Assembly: GCA_963813715.1 (NCBI GenBank)
Contig: CAWFAK010000017.1
Span: 96,001 to 160,000 of the forward strand
Reading direction: 5' to 3'
Source: an uncultured Planctomycetaceae bacterium
GTDB taxonomy: Bacteria; Planctomycetota; Planctomycetia; Planctomycetales; Planctomycetaceae
Length of the DNA stretch: 64,000 bases
The position numbers and the translations under genes were made by a program. Below, in pieces: positions 31,315 through 42,493 of the stretch (positions are counted from its first letter, which is position 1; each line of letters begins with the position of its first letter). Under the pieces are notes generated by a model. It made no database searches and was not told where the DNA came from. It saw only the letters and a list, made by a program, of their open reading frames with translations.

Positions 31315-33774
31315 CTAACGCCGCACTTTCGCAGGCCCGGCGAACGGTTCGGGTGCCTTCAGCGTGAGCACCCCGAGGTCGACCGGGCGCTGCGACAGCT
31401 TTGCGTTGACCCGCGGCACGGTGAAATGGTGTGACTGCAGCAGCAGGGGCGGCGGGCCGGGAACAAAGGCGTGCAGGAGGTAGTCGCCGGGTGGGATCTC
31501 ATCGAGTGAGAAGTTGCCGTCGCTGTCGGGCTTGGCGGAAAATGTCGGGACGCTTTCGATATCAAACCAATCAATATCCGGCATGACCATAATCGAGGCC
31601 GAGCTCATCGAAACGTCGGATTTCGATTCGGGCGGCCGCCGTAACTGACCGATTACCGGCCGCCCCGCGCCGCCGACGTCGACGTGCATGATCTGGCCGG
31701 CGGGACAGTCGACCGGCACGGTGGCCGTGAAGGTGGTTTCGGACTTGCCCTTGCCGGTGACGCGTTTGACGATGATCCAATGCAGTCCGGAAATGGCACG
31801 ATCGAACGCGAATCGGCCGCTTGAATCCGTCGTCTGTGTATCTTGATCGCGGGGAGGAGCATTGCGCGGCGGCGCGTTCGAGGCGGACGAGGGGCTGGTG
31901 AGCAAAACTTCGACGTCGGACTGCGGTCGCCGGGCGACTTGGACCGTCCCTTCGACCCGCGCCCACGGCGTCAACTTGAGTTGCCGGGGATTGCCGCTCG
32001 GGAGCCCGCTTTGGTCGAGGTATCCCGAAGGATGCGTGATCACCAGCCGAAAGTTGTTGTTCTTCGCGGCAATCTGCACCCGGCCGGTTTGATCCGCGTC
32101 ATGAACGTCGCGCTGGTTTTCCAACTCGCCCCGGTTGAGAGAGACGACTTCGTTCGGGCCCAAAACCGTCACTTTTGCTCCCGCGGCAGGCCGGCCGGCG
32201 GGCGTGAGCACGGTCGCCGCGAAGTCTTTGGCTTTGAGCAACTCGAAATCGATCGTGGTGTTCCCCGCGTCCGATTTAATCTCGCGCGAGACGCTGTGCC
32301 AATATCCGTCGGCATCGATTCGCACTAGGTATGCGAGCTGCAGGTAGGTCTGACGAATCTGATAGGTGCCATCCGCGGCGGCCGGCTTGGTCTCGTTCGT
32401 AACGACTTGCCGCCCACTCGTGCGATATCCGCTCGTGAAGCGAAAGTTGTGGATCGGCTGTTTGGTATCGGCGTCGACGACTCGTCCCGTGATCACCAGC
32501 TCCGAGGGAACGCGAAACACATACTCGGCCTGCCGGGCTGTAACCCTCTGCCAGCCGAGCGTCATCCCGTTGGAGCGATGAATGCTGAGCAGCATTCTTT
32601 CCCCGGGCAGGTCGTGCCATTCCCAGGCTCCGTCCAAGTCCGTCTTCAGGGGGGCCTGATCGACTTCAAAGGCATCGAAGCCGAACTCGCCCCAAAGTGA
32701 GACTTGCGCTTTCGGCACAGGGCGCCCGGCCTCGTCGAGCACGCGCAGGCGGAGCGTCTTGCCCGGTTTGAGCTGAAAGTCAACCGACGCCTCGAGCGTG
32801 CCGAGCTCGATCTCTCGGAGCTGTGCGGCGCACCCCTTGGCCGCGGCCACGAGCTTGAGTTGCGGTGTGCAGCCTTCGAGCCGGTAGCTGCCGTTTTTGT
32901 CCGAGAAGGCGGTCCGCGTATCTTCGCCAACCCGCGCGCGGACGAGCGCTTTGGCGATCGGCTTGCCAGCCTCGTCGGTGACCTTGCCCATCACCGTGAC
33001 CCCTCCTTCGAGTACGATTTTTCCAGTCGGTTCGTGTCCCGGCTCGATCGCAAATTTCTCGCGACTCAAACTCGCCTTGTGCGCCGGGTATTTGGGCTCG
33101 CTGACCTCCGCGCTGACGAGCTGCATCGACTCCGGGACGCTCTCGAACTTCCAGACGCCTTTGCTGTTGGTCCACAGACGATCGGAATAGCCCAGCTGGC
33201 CCGTCCCCTCGAAACGAATCTGCAGCACGACCCGCGCGTTCGGCACGGGCTGGCCTTTGCCGTCGACCACGATGCCACCGATCGTCCAGGCCTTCTGCAG
33301 CTTGATCGTCAGCGGCTTGTCATAGCGAAAGATGTAAGTCGAGGAGTAGAAGGCGTAGCCGGGTTTGTGGACGCGGAAGTTGAGTGACTCCAAGTGCGAC
33401 GGCTGCTCGACAATGATGCGTCCGTCCGCGTCGGACTGCAGGTTGACTCCGTAGCGCGGCTTATTGAGCAACCTCCCTGCGCGGAGTCGAACTTTTTCCA
33501 ACGGCGGCTGCGTCGCCAAATTGACCTTCGCCCCCGCAATCGGCTGACCTTCCGGCCCGACGATCTGCAGCTCGAACACGGGGGGCGCGGACGCGGTCGT
33601 GTTGGCAGCCTTGTCAGTTGCCGCCGCGGATTTTGTCTGGCCGTCGTCGGCTGGCACCTGCGCCAGCAGCAGGGCGATGAGAATCGCCGCGCAAATCAAG
33701 GATGACACCGGCCGAGAAGCCGGTCGCCTCGACTTCTTCGACTCTCGCCGGAGCTCGGTCTGCTCGTAGTCCAT
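31315..33774 (-). CDS. Secreted carboxypeptidase-regulatory-like repeat protein, long form (array member B', 819 aa)
   Basis: Signal then ADDG; repeated G.V.D..GKP...A.V units; ends SQRPVDLGVLTL. Confidence 0.9.
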   Translation of the reverse strand: MDYEQTELRRESKKSRRPASRPVSSLICAAILIALLLAQVPADDGQTKSAAATDKAANTTASAPPVFELQIVGPEGQPIAGAKVNLATQPPLEKVRLRAGRLLNKPRYGVNLQSDADGRIIVEQPSHLESLNFRVHKPGYAFYSSTYIFRYDKPLTIKLQKAWTIGGIVVDGKGQPVPNARVVLQIRFEGTGQLGYSDRLWTNSKGVWKFESVPESMQLVSAEVSEPKYPAHKASLSREKFAIEPGHEPTGKIVLEGGVTVMGKVTDEAGKPIAKALVRARVGEDTRTAFSDKNGSYRLEGCTPQLKLVAAAKGCAAQLREIELGTLEASVDFQLKPGKTLRLRVLDEAGRPVPKAQVSLWGEFGFDAFEVDQAPLKTDLDGAWEWHDLPGERMLLSIHRSNGMTLGWQRVTARQAEYVFRVPSELVITGRVVDADTKQPIHNFRFTSGYRTSGRQVVTNETKPAAADGTYQIRQTYLQLAYLVRIDADGYWHSVSREIKSDAGNTTIDFELLKAKDFAATVLTPAGRPAAGAKVTVLGPNEVVSLNRGELENQRDVHDADQTGRVQIAAKNNNFRLVITHPSGYLDQSGLPSGNPRQLKLTPWARVEGTVQVARRPQSDVEVLLTSPSSASNAPPRNAPPRDQDTQTTDSSGRFAFDRAISGLHWIIVKRVTGKGKSETTFTATVPVDCPAGQIMHVDVGGAGRPVIGQLRRPPESKSDVSMSSASIMVMPDIDWFDIESVPTFSAKPDSDGNFSLDEIPPGDYLLHAFVPGPPPLLLQSHHFTVPRVNAKLSQRPVDLGVLTLKAPEPFAGPAKVRR

Positions 33775-33838
33775 AGCAGCTCCCTTTACGGAGCATTCAC
33801 TCGGGACTCAGTCTCAGGAGTCCTGAGTCCTGGGTTCA

Positions 33839-36299
33839 CTACTTACCGGGTTCTAAGGTCAACACTCCGACGTCGACCGGCCGCGCCGACAACTTCTCGT
33901 TCACGGCCATTACGGTAAAACGGTGTGGATTGAATTGAGATCGAACAGGCTTGAGAAACTGAAGGCTGAGCGAATACTCGCCCGGCGGGACGTCGTCGAT
34001 GCAGAAGTTGCCTTCGGGATCGACCGTTGCTTGGAAGTCCCGACCATTTCCTGTGGCTTGGACCAGAACGAAGTTCCAGCCAATCGTCGGCTTTTCACCG
34101 TTTGCCGCTCGCAGCTGTCCGGTCACGGGCCGCCCCGAGACTCCAAGATCGATGTGCGTGGTCTGGCCCGCGATGAACTTGACCGGCACCATCGTGCTCG
34201 ACGTCGTCTCGCTCGTTCCCGTGTCCACCATGATCAGGATGTACCGGCCGATCGATCCCTGGCCTGGAATCACGTGCTCGAAGGCGAAATGTCCGTTGGC
34301 GTCGGTTGTCTGGTTGTAGTCGAGGTAGATCGATGCGCCGTTTTGAGCGCGGAGTTGGGCGTTGGCCTGGTGATCGATCGAGATCTTGGCATTGGCCTGC
34401 GGTTTTCGCGCGACTCGATAGCTCCCTTCAACTCGGGCCCAGCGTGTCAGGGGGAGCGTCTTGGGGACCGACTTCAGTGAACACCACTGCTGGGCGTAAC
34501 CCGACGGATGAATGGCCACCAGCCAGAACTCCGACGTTTGCGGGCCGAAGTGAACGCGGCCGGCCTCGTCAGCGTCCTGGCTGGGGCAGTTCACCTGGCC
34601 CGGGGCAAAGTCGCCATTTTCGAGCATGACGTGCGCGCCGGCGTTGAGGAGCGCCACTTTCGCCCGCGAGGCGGGCGCTCCAGCGGCCGTCACCACGGTC
34701 GTGACGATGTCGTGGCCTTTTTCCAGCGCCAGATCGATCGTGACATTCCCCTCGTCGCTTTTGATCTGGCGTGAGACGCCCGGCAAATGGCCGTCCGCTT
34801 CGACCCGCACCTGGTAGGCGTGCTGCTCGCGGTTCTCGCGAAATTGGTAGTGGCCGTCGATCGCGTTAAAAGCGTGGTCGGTGTTCCAAAAGACATTTGC
34901 ATTCGACCATTGGATGCCCGGAATGACGCGAAACGACTTGATCGGCTGTTTCGTTTCGGCGTCGATCACTTTTCCCGAAATCACGAGAGCCGGCGGCACG
35001 CGGAACACCTGTTCTTTCTCGCCAGGGACAAGCGTCCGATTGCCGAGTTGCATGCCATCCGGGCGGCAGATGTCGGCTTGGATGGGGTCTACGGGCGCGC
35101 TCCTTCCATTCCCACAGTCCTTGCTCGTCCGTGAGCCGCGGCACGTTCTCGAACTCGAAGTACTGGATGCGACCATGCCATTGTTGAAAAAAAATCGTCG
35201 CCTTGGGGATCGGCTTGCCGTGTTCGTCGAGAACGCGGACGCGTAGCGTTGCGGCGGGCTGCATTTGAAAGTCGACGGGCGTATTGCGCGGACCGAGTTG
35301 CACCTCTTCTAGCGCTCGAGCGTGCCCCTTCGCCGCCACGACAATTCGGACCGGTCCTGGCTCGCAACCCTCCAGCCGATACACACCCGTCGCATCGGTG
35401 ACGGCCGAGTGCTCGTTGTTGCCGTATTTGGTCCAGACGTTGGCTTTGGCGATCGGTCTCCCGATTTCGTCGGTGACCCGACCCGTGATGATCAGGCCGC
35501 GATTCAGAAGAATTTTGGCGGTAGGCCGGTGTCCCCGCTCGACCTGGAAAAGTGCGCGCGACAGGGTCAGCCGCTGCGCCATGAAGGTGGGATCGTAGAT
35601 TTCGACGGGTACGGCATTGAGAGAGCTGGGGACGCTCTCGAAGGTCCACTCCCCTTTGTTGTTGGTCCGCACTCGGTCGCCGGTCCCCATTTGCCTCGAA
35701 TCGCCGGGGCGTTTGGTGAATTCGATCCGGAGTCCCACGCGCGCGTTGGGAATGGGTTTGCCGTCGCTGTCGACGACAACGCCCCCCACCGTCCACGCGG
35801 GTTCCAGCTTGATCGTGAGCGAGGCGGGGATCGGCTCGGAATTCGAGGTGAGAGACCATCCAGCCCAGTACGGGGCGTAGCCAGGAATCGTGACGTAGAG
35901 ATCGAAACGTTTCGGTTCGGCCGGCCGCTCGAAGGAAAGCCGGCCATCGGCATCCGCCGTGGCAGTCGCGGCGTAGCGCATTCGGCGGAGGAATTTTCCG
36001 CGGTGGATTTGTTTGGCCTGGATAACCGGCGTCGTCCGCAGTTCGATTTTGGCCTCGGGCACCGACTTCCCGTCGGGCCCGACGATCCGCAAGTCGAACA
36101 CGGGCGTCGCCGATTCGGGCGCGCTGGCAGGCTTGGATTTGACCCCTGCCGCATTTGGTTTGCCATCGTCGGCTTGCACCGCAGGCAGTGCCAGGACTGT
36201 GAGGAGTATCGCGGCGCAGGCGACGACACTACCTCTCGGATTGACCGCTTGCCGTGACGCAGCCGGTCGCGGCTGATGCTTGTTGAATTTATGGTTCAT
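33839..36299 (-). CDS. Long-form array member A'; frameshift near 35095
   Basis: ORFs 34866..36329 and 33839..35176; signal then QADDG; ends ARPVDVGVLTL. Confidence 0.88.
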
Positions 36300-36322
36300 G
36301 GACAACTCCAATCCGCGCGCTC

Positions 36323-37383
36323 TTACCATCGGCCGCCGACATTGAGTTGGAGCACGCCTAAGTCCACCGGCCTTTGCGACAGCTTTTCGTTAATCGTGGG
36401 CACCTCGAACGGATGATTCAGGATGTATTGTCGGCCTTTGTAGAAAAACACACTCAGAACGTGCTTGCCGGTGGGAACGTCATCAACGCAGAAGTTGCCG
36501 GCCGGATCTAAGGTCGCCGAAAAGTTGAGGTCTAGGGCGCCGGCCAGGGGGTGATCGGACGAGACTGCGACGAACGCGAATTTCCACGGAACTTCGTTCG
36601 TCGCACCCGTGGGACGCCGAAGCTGACCGATGACCGGCCGGCCTGTGGTGCCGAGGTCGACCTGCCTCGTTTGACCGGCCGTAAGACTGATTGGCACAAA
36701 ACCTCCAGAAGCGATTTCACTCGCGCCGTCGGTCGCCGAAAACGCGAGCGTGTGGCCAATCCGCAGCGCGCCTGGGACGACGCGTTCGAACACGAATCGC
36801 CCGTTCGTGTCGGTCCTCTGCTCTGATCGGAAGAAGGCTCGCGGCGGGGCGTTGAACGCGCCGAACACGGAGTTGGGATAAATCTCGATTTTGACATGGG
36901 GTCGCGGCTTCGCGCGACTCGGTATGTTCCTTCAACCCGCGCCCATGAGGTGAGTCGAATCGGCTGGGGAATGGAGACGGGGGAACATTTGACCTCTGCG
37001 AAGCCAGAGGAGTGCGTGACCACGAGAAGGCTGTTGCCGGTCACTAGCGGAAAATCAAAGCGGCCAGCGGCATCCGCCTGGCGTCGCTCGATCCCCGTCA
37101 ATTCGAAAATGTCGTCGCCATTGAGAATGTTGAGTTGCGCTCCTTGGATGGCCAGCGCAACTTTGGCCCGACCAGCCGGGTTGCCGTCCGGGGTGAGTAT
37201 TGTCGTGCCGCTCGCGGCGCTCTTGGAAGGACCGTTCTTCGGCGAGTTGGCAGGCGGATCTGCGTCGGCGTGCGGAGACGCCAGCGCGACGACACCGAAG
37301 AGTAACGCTGCCCTCGCGCTGCGCTGCGTCGCCGCGATCTGTCGCCACATGCCGGTAGGCAACCTTTTCTCCGAGAAGCTCAT
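36323..37383 (-). CDS. Short-form array member C; frameshift near 36905
   Basis: ORFs 36532..37383 and 36323..36868; only the C-terminal module; ends SQRPVDLGVLQL; ATG overlaps upstream TAA. Confidence 0.85.
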
Positions 37384-39995
37384 TATCGAGCGGCTCTCAC
37401 TCGCGCGGCTCGGGCTGCTTCAGGGCTCGACATCGTGAGCACACCCAGATCGACGGGCCGCTGCCACAACTTCCCCTTGGCTTTCGGCACGACGAAACGG
37501 TGCTGCTGCATTTGAAGATTCTGCCCCTGAGCGTTGGGGATGTAGGCGTTCAACCAGTAATTGCCTGGCGGAATGTCGTCGATGGCAAAGTTTCCGTCAC
37601 GGTCGGTCGTCGCATTGAACTGCAGCTCCGACTCGCCCCACATCTGGCCACCCTCCTGGCTGACCCAGATCTGAGCCGAACCCAATTGGTCGGCCTTAGC
37701 CTCCGGCGGCTTGCGCAATTGCCCGATGACCGGACGTCCCTCGGCTCCCAAGTTGACGTGCGTGGTCTCGCCGGGGGGACAGGTCGCGGTCATCGTCATG
37801 CTCGACGTCATCTGGCCGTCGCCCGAGCCGTTCGGCCGCGCCCAACTGATCTGCTGTCGGCCCGGCACGACCCGATCGAAGACGAACCGGCCCTGCGCAT
37901 CGGTTGCTCGCAGCGATTGCGCCATGATTTGCGGAGAATTCTGGCCGAAAAAATATTGGGCTCTAGAACCAGAGATCCAAGTGTTTGCCTTGGGCTGTCG
38001 AGCGACTTGAAACGTTCCCTCGATCCGCGCCCACGCCTTGAGCTTGACGATTCGCGGATTGGAACTGGGCATGCCCGGTAGCTCGGCGTAGCCAGTGGGG
38101 TGCGTGACCACGATCCAGCAGTTCGTGTTCTTCGCCTCCGCACGAAGCTTGCCGTCCTTGTCGGTTTCGTGCACGGCGGTCAGCCGTCGGCGCGGCTGGC
38201 GAAATTGACGGATCAGTCCGACGATAAGTCCCCCCATGTTACCGTTGCCGCCGCCCTGCTCCTGCAGTTCACCCCCAGAGACCACCACTTGCTCCCCGGG
38301 GCCGGGGATCGCGACTTTCGCTCGCGCGGCCGGGGCTCCGTCGGGCGTCAAGAACCGTTACCGCGACGGTTTTCCCTTTGAGCAGCTCGAAATCGATCGT
38401 GACCTTCGCCTCGTCACTTTTGATCTCGCGAGATACGGCCGGCATGTATCCGTCCGCTTCAACGCGCACCAGATTCGCGCCCGTATCGTCCGTCTTTTTT
38501 ATTTCGTAGGTGCTTCCGGTTGACGGCTTGCCGTTCTGATCCTCCCAGACGACCTGCTGCCCCATCCAGACGTATCCGGACGTCAGCCGAAAACCTTTGA
38601 TCGGCTGATGCGTTTCGGCGTCGACCACCTTGCCCGAGATGACGAGTGCCTTGGGGACGCGGAACACGTACTCTTCCTTGCGCGGCGAGAGGGCTCGATT
38701 GCTCAGGGTCATCCCGTTGGGACGACCGATGTTGGCCAGAACTTCTTCCGGGGGCGCCTCCTTCCATTCCCAGAGACCGTCGACGTCCGTCTGCCGCGGG
38801 GCATTGTCGACCTCGAAGAAATCGAACCCTGGCCGCCACTGCTGGAAATAGACTGTGGCTTTCGGAACCGGGTGCCCCTCTTCGTCGAGGACCCGCACGC
38901 GGATCGTGTTGCCCGGTTTCAGCCGAAAGTCAATTGGGCCCAGCCCCGGGCCGATTTCGATTTCTTGCAAGGCGGGGGCGCCGCCCCTTCGCCGATGCCA
39001 CGATCCGCGCTGCCAGGCCCGCAGCCCTCCAGGCGGTAGACCCCCTTTTTGTCGGTGAAAGCGCTGCGGGTGTCGTTGTTAGCCCTCGTCCGCACGAGCG
39101 CTTTGGCGATTGGCTTCCCGCCGTCATCGGTAACCGTGCCGGTGACGGAGAAGCCGCCCTTGAGGGTGATTTTTGCCGTCGGATCATGCCCGGGATTAAC
39201 CGCGAATTCCGCGCGGTCGAGCGTCGGGTTTTCCGGCACGAATTTCGGGTCGTTGATCTGGGCGGTGACGGCGTTCATCGATTCGGGCACGCTCTCGAAC
39301 TTCCAGATGCCCTTGCCGTTGGACCAGATGCGGTCCGAGAAGGTGATTTGTCCGCCGGTCATTTGAAGCTGAAGGATAATCCGCACGTTCGGGATGGGTT
39401 TTCCGTCGTTGTCGACGATGATGCCGCCGATCGTCCAGGCCCGCTGCAATCGGGCCGTCCGTGGAGCGAGCACGGCGTCGGCCTTGTTCTGGAAATTGAC
39501 CCAGTTCAGGTAGTAGCCATAACCGGGCTTACGAATTTGATAGTTGAGATAGTCCAAATGAGCCGGCCGCTCGAAGGCCACGCGCCCGTCCGCATCCGAC
39601 TTCACCACCAGGCTGTTGCGCAATTTCGTGACTAACGTCCCCGCGCGGAGCCGGACGTCCTTGGGCCGCGGGTTTATGAACAGACTGACCCTGGCATCCG
39701 GAACCGGCTTGTCATCGGGCCCAACGATCCGCAGCTCGAACGCCGGCGCTCGAGGCGCGGGCGCGGTGGTTGCCTGCGGAGCGGGTGCCTGGGGAGTGGG
39801 AGCCGGCGCGATCGTCTTGTGGTCGTCGGCTTTGGCTTTGCTCGCGGCGCCTGGGCCGTCATCGCCCGCGGCCAGGACGGGCATCGGCCGTCCGTCCGAC
39901 CCAAGCAGCGCGCCGAGCGCGAGCAGGAGCGTGACGACTCTCCAGCACTTCGATCGCACTCGCCCGCCCGGAGTCGTGATCGGTCGATGAGTCAT
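37383..39995 (-). CDS. Long-form array member B; frameshifts near 38985 and 38345
   Basis: ORFs 38919..39995, 38269..38970 and 37383..38351; ends WQRPVDLGVLTM. Confidence 0.87.
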
Positions 39996-40007
39996 GGCAT
40001 CCTCTGC

Positions 40008-42481
40008 TTACGGGTTGCGAGCGGGCACGGCCTTGGGCTCGTTCAGGTTGAGCACGCCCAGGTCGATCGGGCGTGTGCAAGCTTCTCATCAATCTTTGGG
40101 ACTTCCACGCGGCGGTTGAACCGGATTCCATTGTCGTTCGTAAAACGCACGCTCAGCGAGTAAAAGCCCGCCGGCACGTCGTCGATGCAGAAGTTCCCGT
40201 GAGGATCCGCCGTGGCGGCGAAGTGCAGGCCGTTGCCATCGACCTCGATGAGCGCGAAACTCCAGTGGACTTCTTCCTTCGACTCCGCCGGCGTCTGCAG
40301 TTGCCCGACCACCGGCCGACCGGAGGTTCCCAGGTCGACGTGCGTCGTGGTGCCCGCTGTCAGCTTGATCGGGACCATCGCGGACGAAGTCATCGCGTTC
40401 GACCCGGTGAAGGCCATGAGTTGAAGATTCCGGCCGATCAGACCATCACCCGGCGCCACGTGCTCGAACAGGAACCGGCCGCTCGCGGCGGTGGTTTGCC
40501 CATAGTTGAAGAGAATGCTGGGTGCATCGCCTGCCATCACATTGTGCGACCACTGGTTAATCCAGATTGGAACGTTGGCCTGCAGCTTGCGAGCGACGCG
40601 AAACGTCCCTTCGACGCGGGCCCACGCGGTCAAGCGAATCTCCTTCGGCAGGTGCGCAGCCTGGCACTTCAGCACGGCGAAACCGGCCGGATGCGTGACG
40701 ACGAGCCAGAAATCCTTGACTTGCGGTGTGAAGTGAAAGCGCCCCTGCGGATCGGCCATCTCGCGGAGGGAATAAGTTTGGTTCTCGTCGATGTGGCCGT
40801 TGGTGACCATGATCTGCGCACCGTGGACGCCCAGGGCGAGTTTGGCACCGGCGGCCGGTGCGCCGTCGGGACTGTCGACCGTCCCGACGAAGTCTTCCCC
40901 GCGCTTCATGTCGAAATCGACGGTGACGTTCCCTGAGTCAGTCGGAATGTCGCGGGAATCGGCGGGGAAGTAGCCGTCCGCTTCGATCCGCACGCCGAAC
41001 AATCCCTGCGCATACGTTTCTCGGAGGCGGTATTGGCCGTCGGCCGCAGTAAAGCCCTCGAACGTGTTCCGAGAGGTCCGGTCTCCTGGGACGACGTGAA
41101 ACGTTTTGAGTGGTTGCTTCGTTTTCGCGTCGACAACTTTGCCTGAGATCACGAGCGCCGGAGGCACACGAAATGTGTACTCCTCCTTCCCATCGCCCAA
41201 CGGCTGATAGCTCAGCTGCATGCCGCCGGGGCGACAGATATCGGCGGCAAACGTGTCGACCGGCGCTTCGTGCCATTCCCACACGCCGTCTTTGTTCGCG
41301 TATTGAGTCACCGAGTCGAACTCGAAGTATTGAATCGGTCCCCGCCATCTTTGGAAGAAGATGCGTGCGCGGGGGAGCGGATGCCCCTTCTCGTCCAGCA
41401 CGCGCACGCGGACGGTCCGGCCGGGCTGCAGGATAAAGTCGACGTTGGTGCCGCGGGCGATCGCTACATGTTTCATTTCGAGTGCGCGGCCTTTGGCGGA
41501 GACGACGATGCGGGCCTCGCCCGGCTCCGCTCCGGTGACCCGGTATGTGCCGTCGGCACTCGTGACGTCTTTGCGGACGTTGTTGCCGAACTTCGTCCTT
41601 ACGACGGCGCCCGCGATCGGCTTGCCGGTCTCGTCGGTCACTCTGCCCGTGACGATCAGCCCCGCTTGCAGGGTCACTCGGGCGGCTGGCTTGTCACCCC
41701 GCTTGATGCCGAACTTGGTGCGCGGCAAATTCGTCCGCAGGGTCATGAAGTCGTGCTTGCTGATTTCGACCTGGACCGCCTGCACCGAATCGGGGGCGCA
41801 GTCGAAGCTCCAGCGGCCGTTGGAATCGGTGCGGAGGTGAGTGCCAGTCACGAGCTGTCGCGTTTTGCCCGGACCTTTCGCGTATTCAATGACGGGCCAA
41901 ATCTCCGCCCCGACGATCGGTTGCCCGTCGCCATCGACGACAACGCTGCCGACCGTCCACGCGCTCTGGAGCTTGATGGTCAACGCCGCCGGAATTGGCT
42001 CGGAGTTGACATCCGGAACCCAACCGGTCCAGTAAGGCGCGTACCCGGGCATTTCCAACAGGAAGTCCAAGTACTTCAATCCGGCCGGCCGAGTGAACAC
42101 CAGCCGCCCATCCGCATCGGCCGTGATGCCCACTCCATAAGTCGCTCGCCGCTGGTATTTGCCGACGCGCACCTGGTCCCCTTGAAGCCGGGGCGTGCTC
42201 CGTACGTCGACCTTCGCGTGAGGAACGGGCTTCCCATCCGGCCCGACGACGTGCACCTCGAAGGTCTTTGAATCAGCAGCGGGCGCGGTGTTTTGGGCCG
42301 CGGGCGGCGCCGCCGTTGAAGCCGTCGACTTATTCTCAGGCTTGCCATCGTCGGCGTGTAGGAGTGACATCCCCAACAACGCCAAAAGGAGGCTCGCGCA
42401 AACTGAGCGATAAGGTCGTTCAATTAACCCGGAGTTCGACCGCTTCGACACTCGTTGGCGCCCAATTTTGTTGTCGTCCAT
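40008..42481 (-). CDS. Long-form array member A; frameshift near 40073
   Basis: ORF 40043..42481; restoring one base gives EKLAxRPIDLGVLNLNEPKAVPARNP, TAA at 40008. Confidence 0.88.
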
Positions 42482-42493
42482 GGCACCCTCACT

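Noticed and set aside
33802..33832. GGACTCAG...CTGAGTCC hairpin between array genes as a terminator
   Set aside because: No U-tract on either strand; could be a small repeat or mRNA-stability hairpin, not callable.
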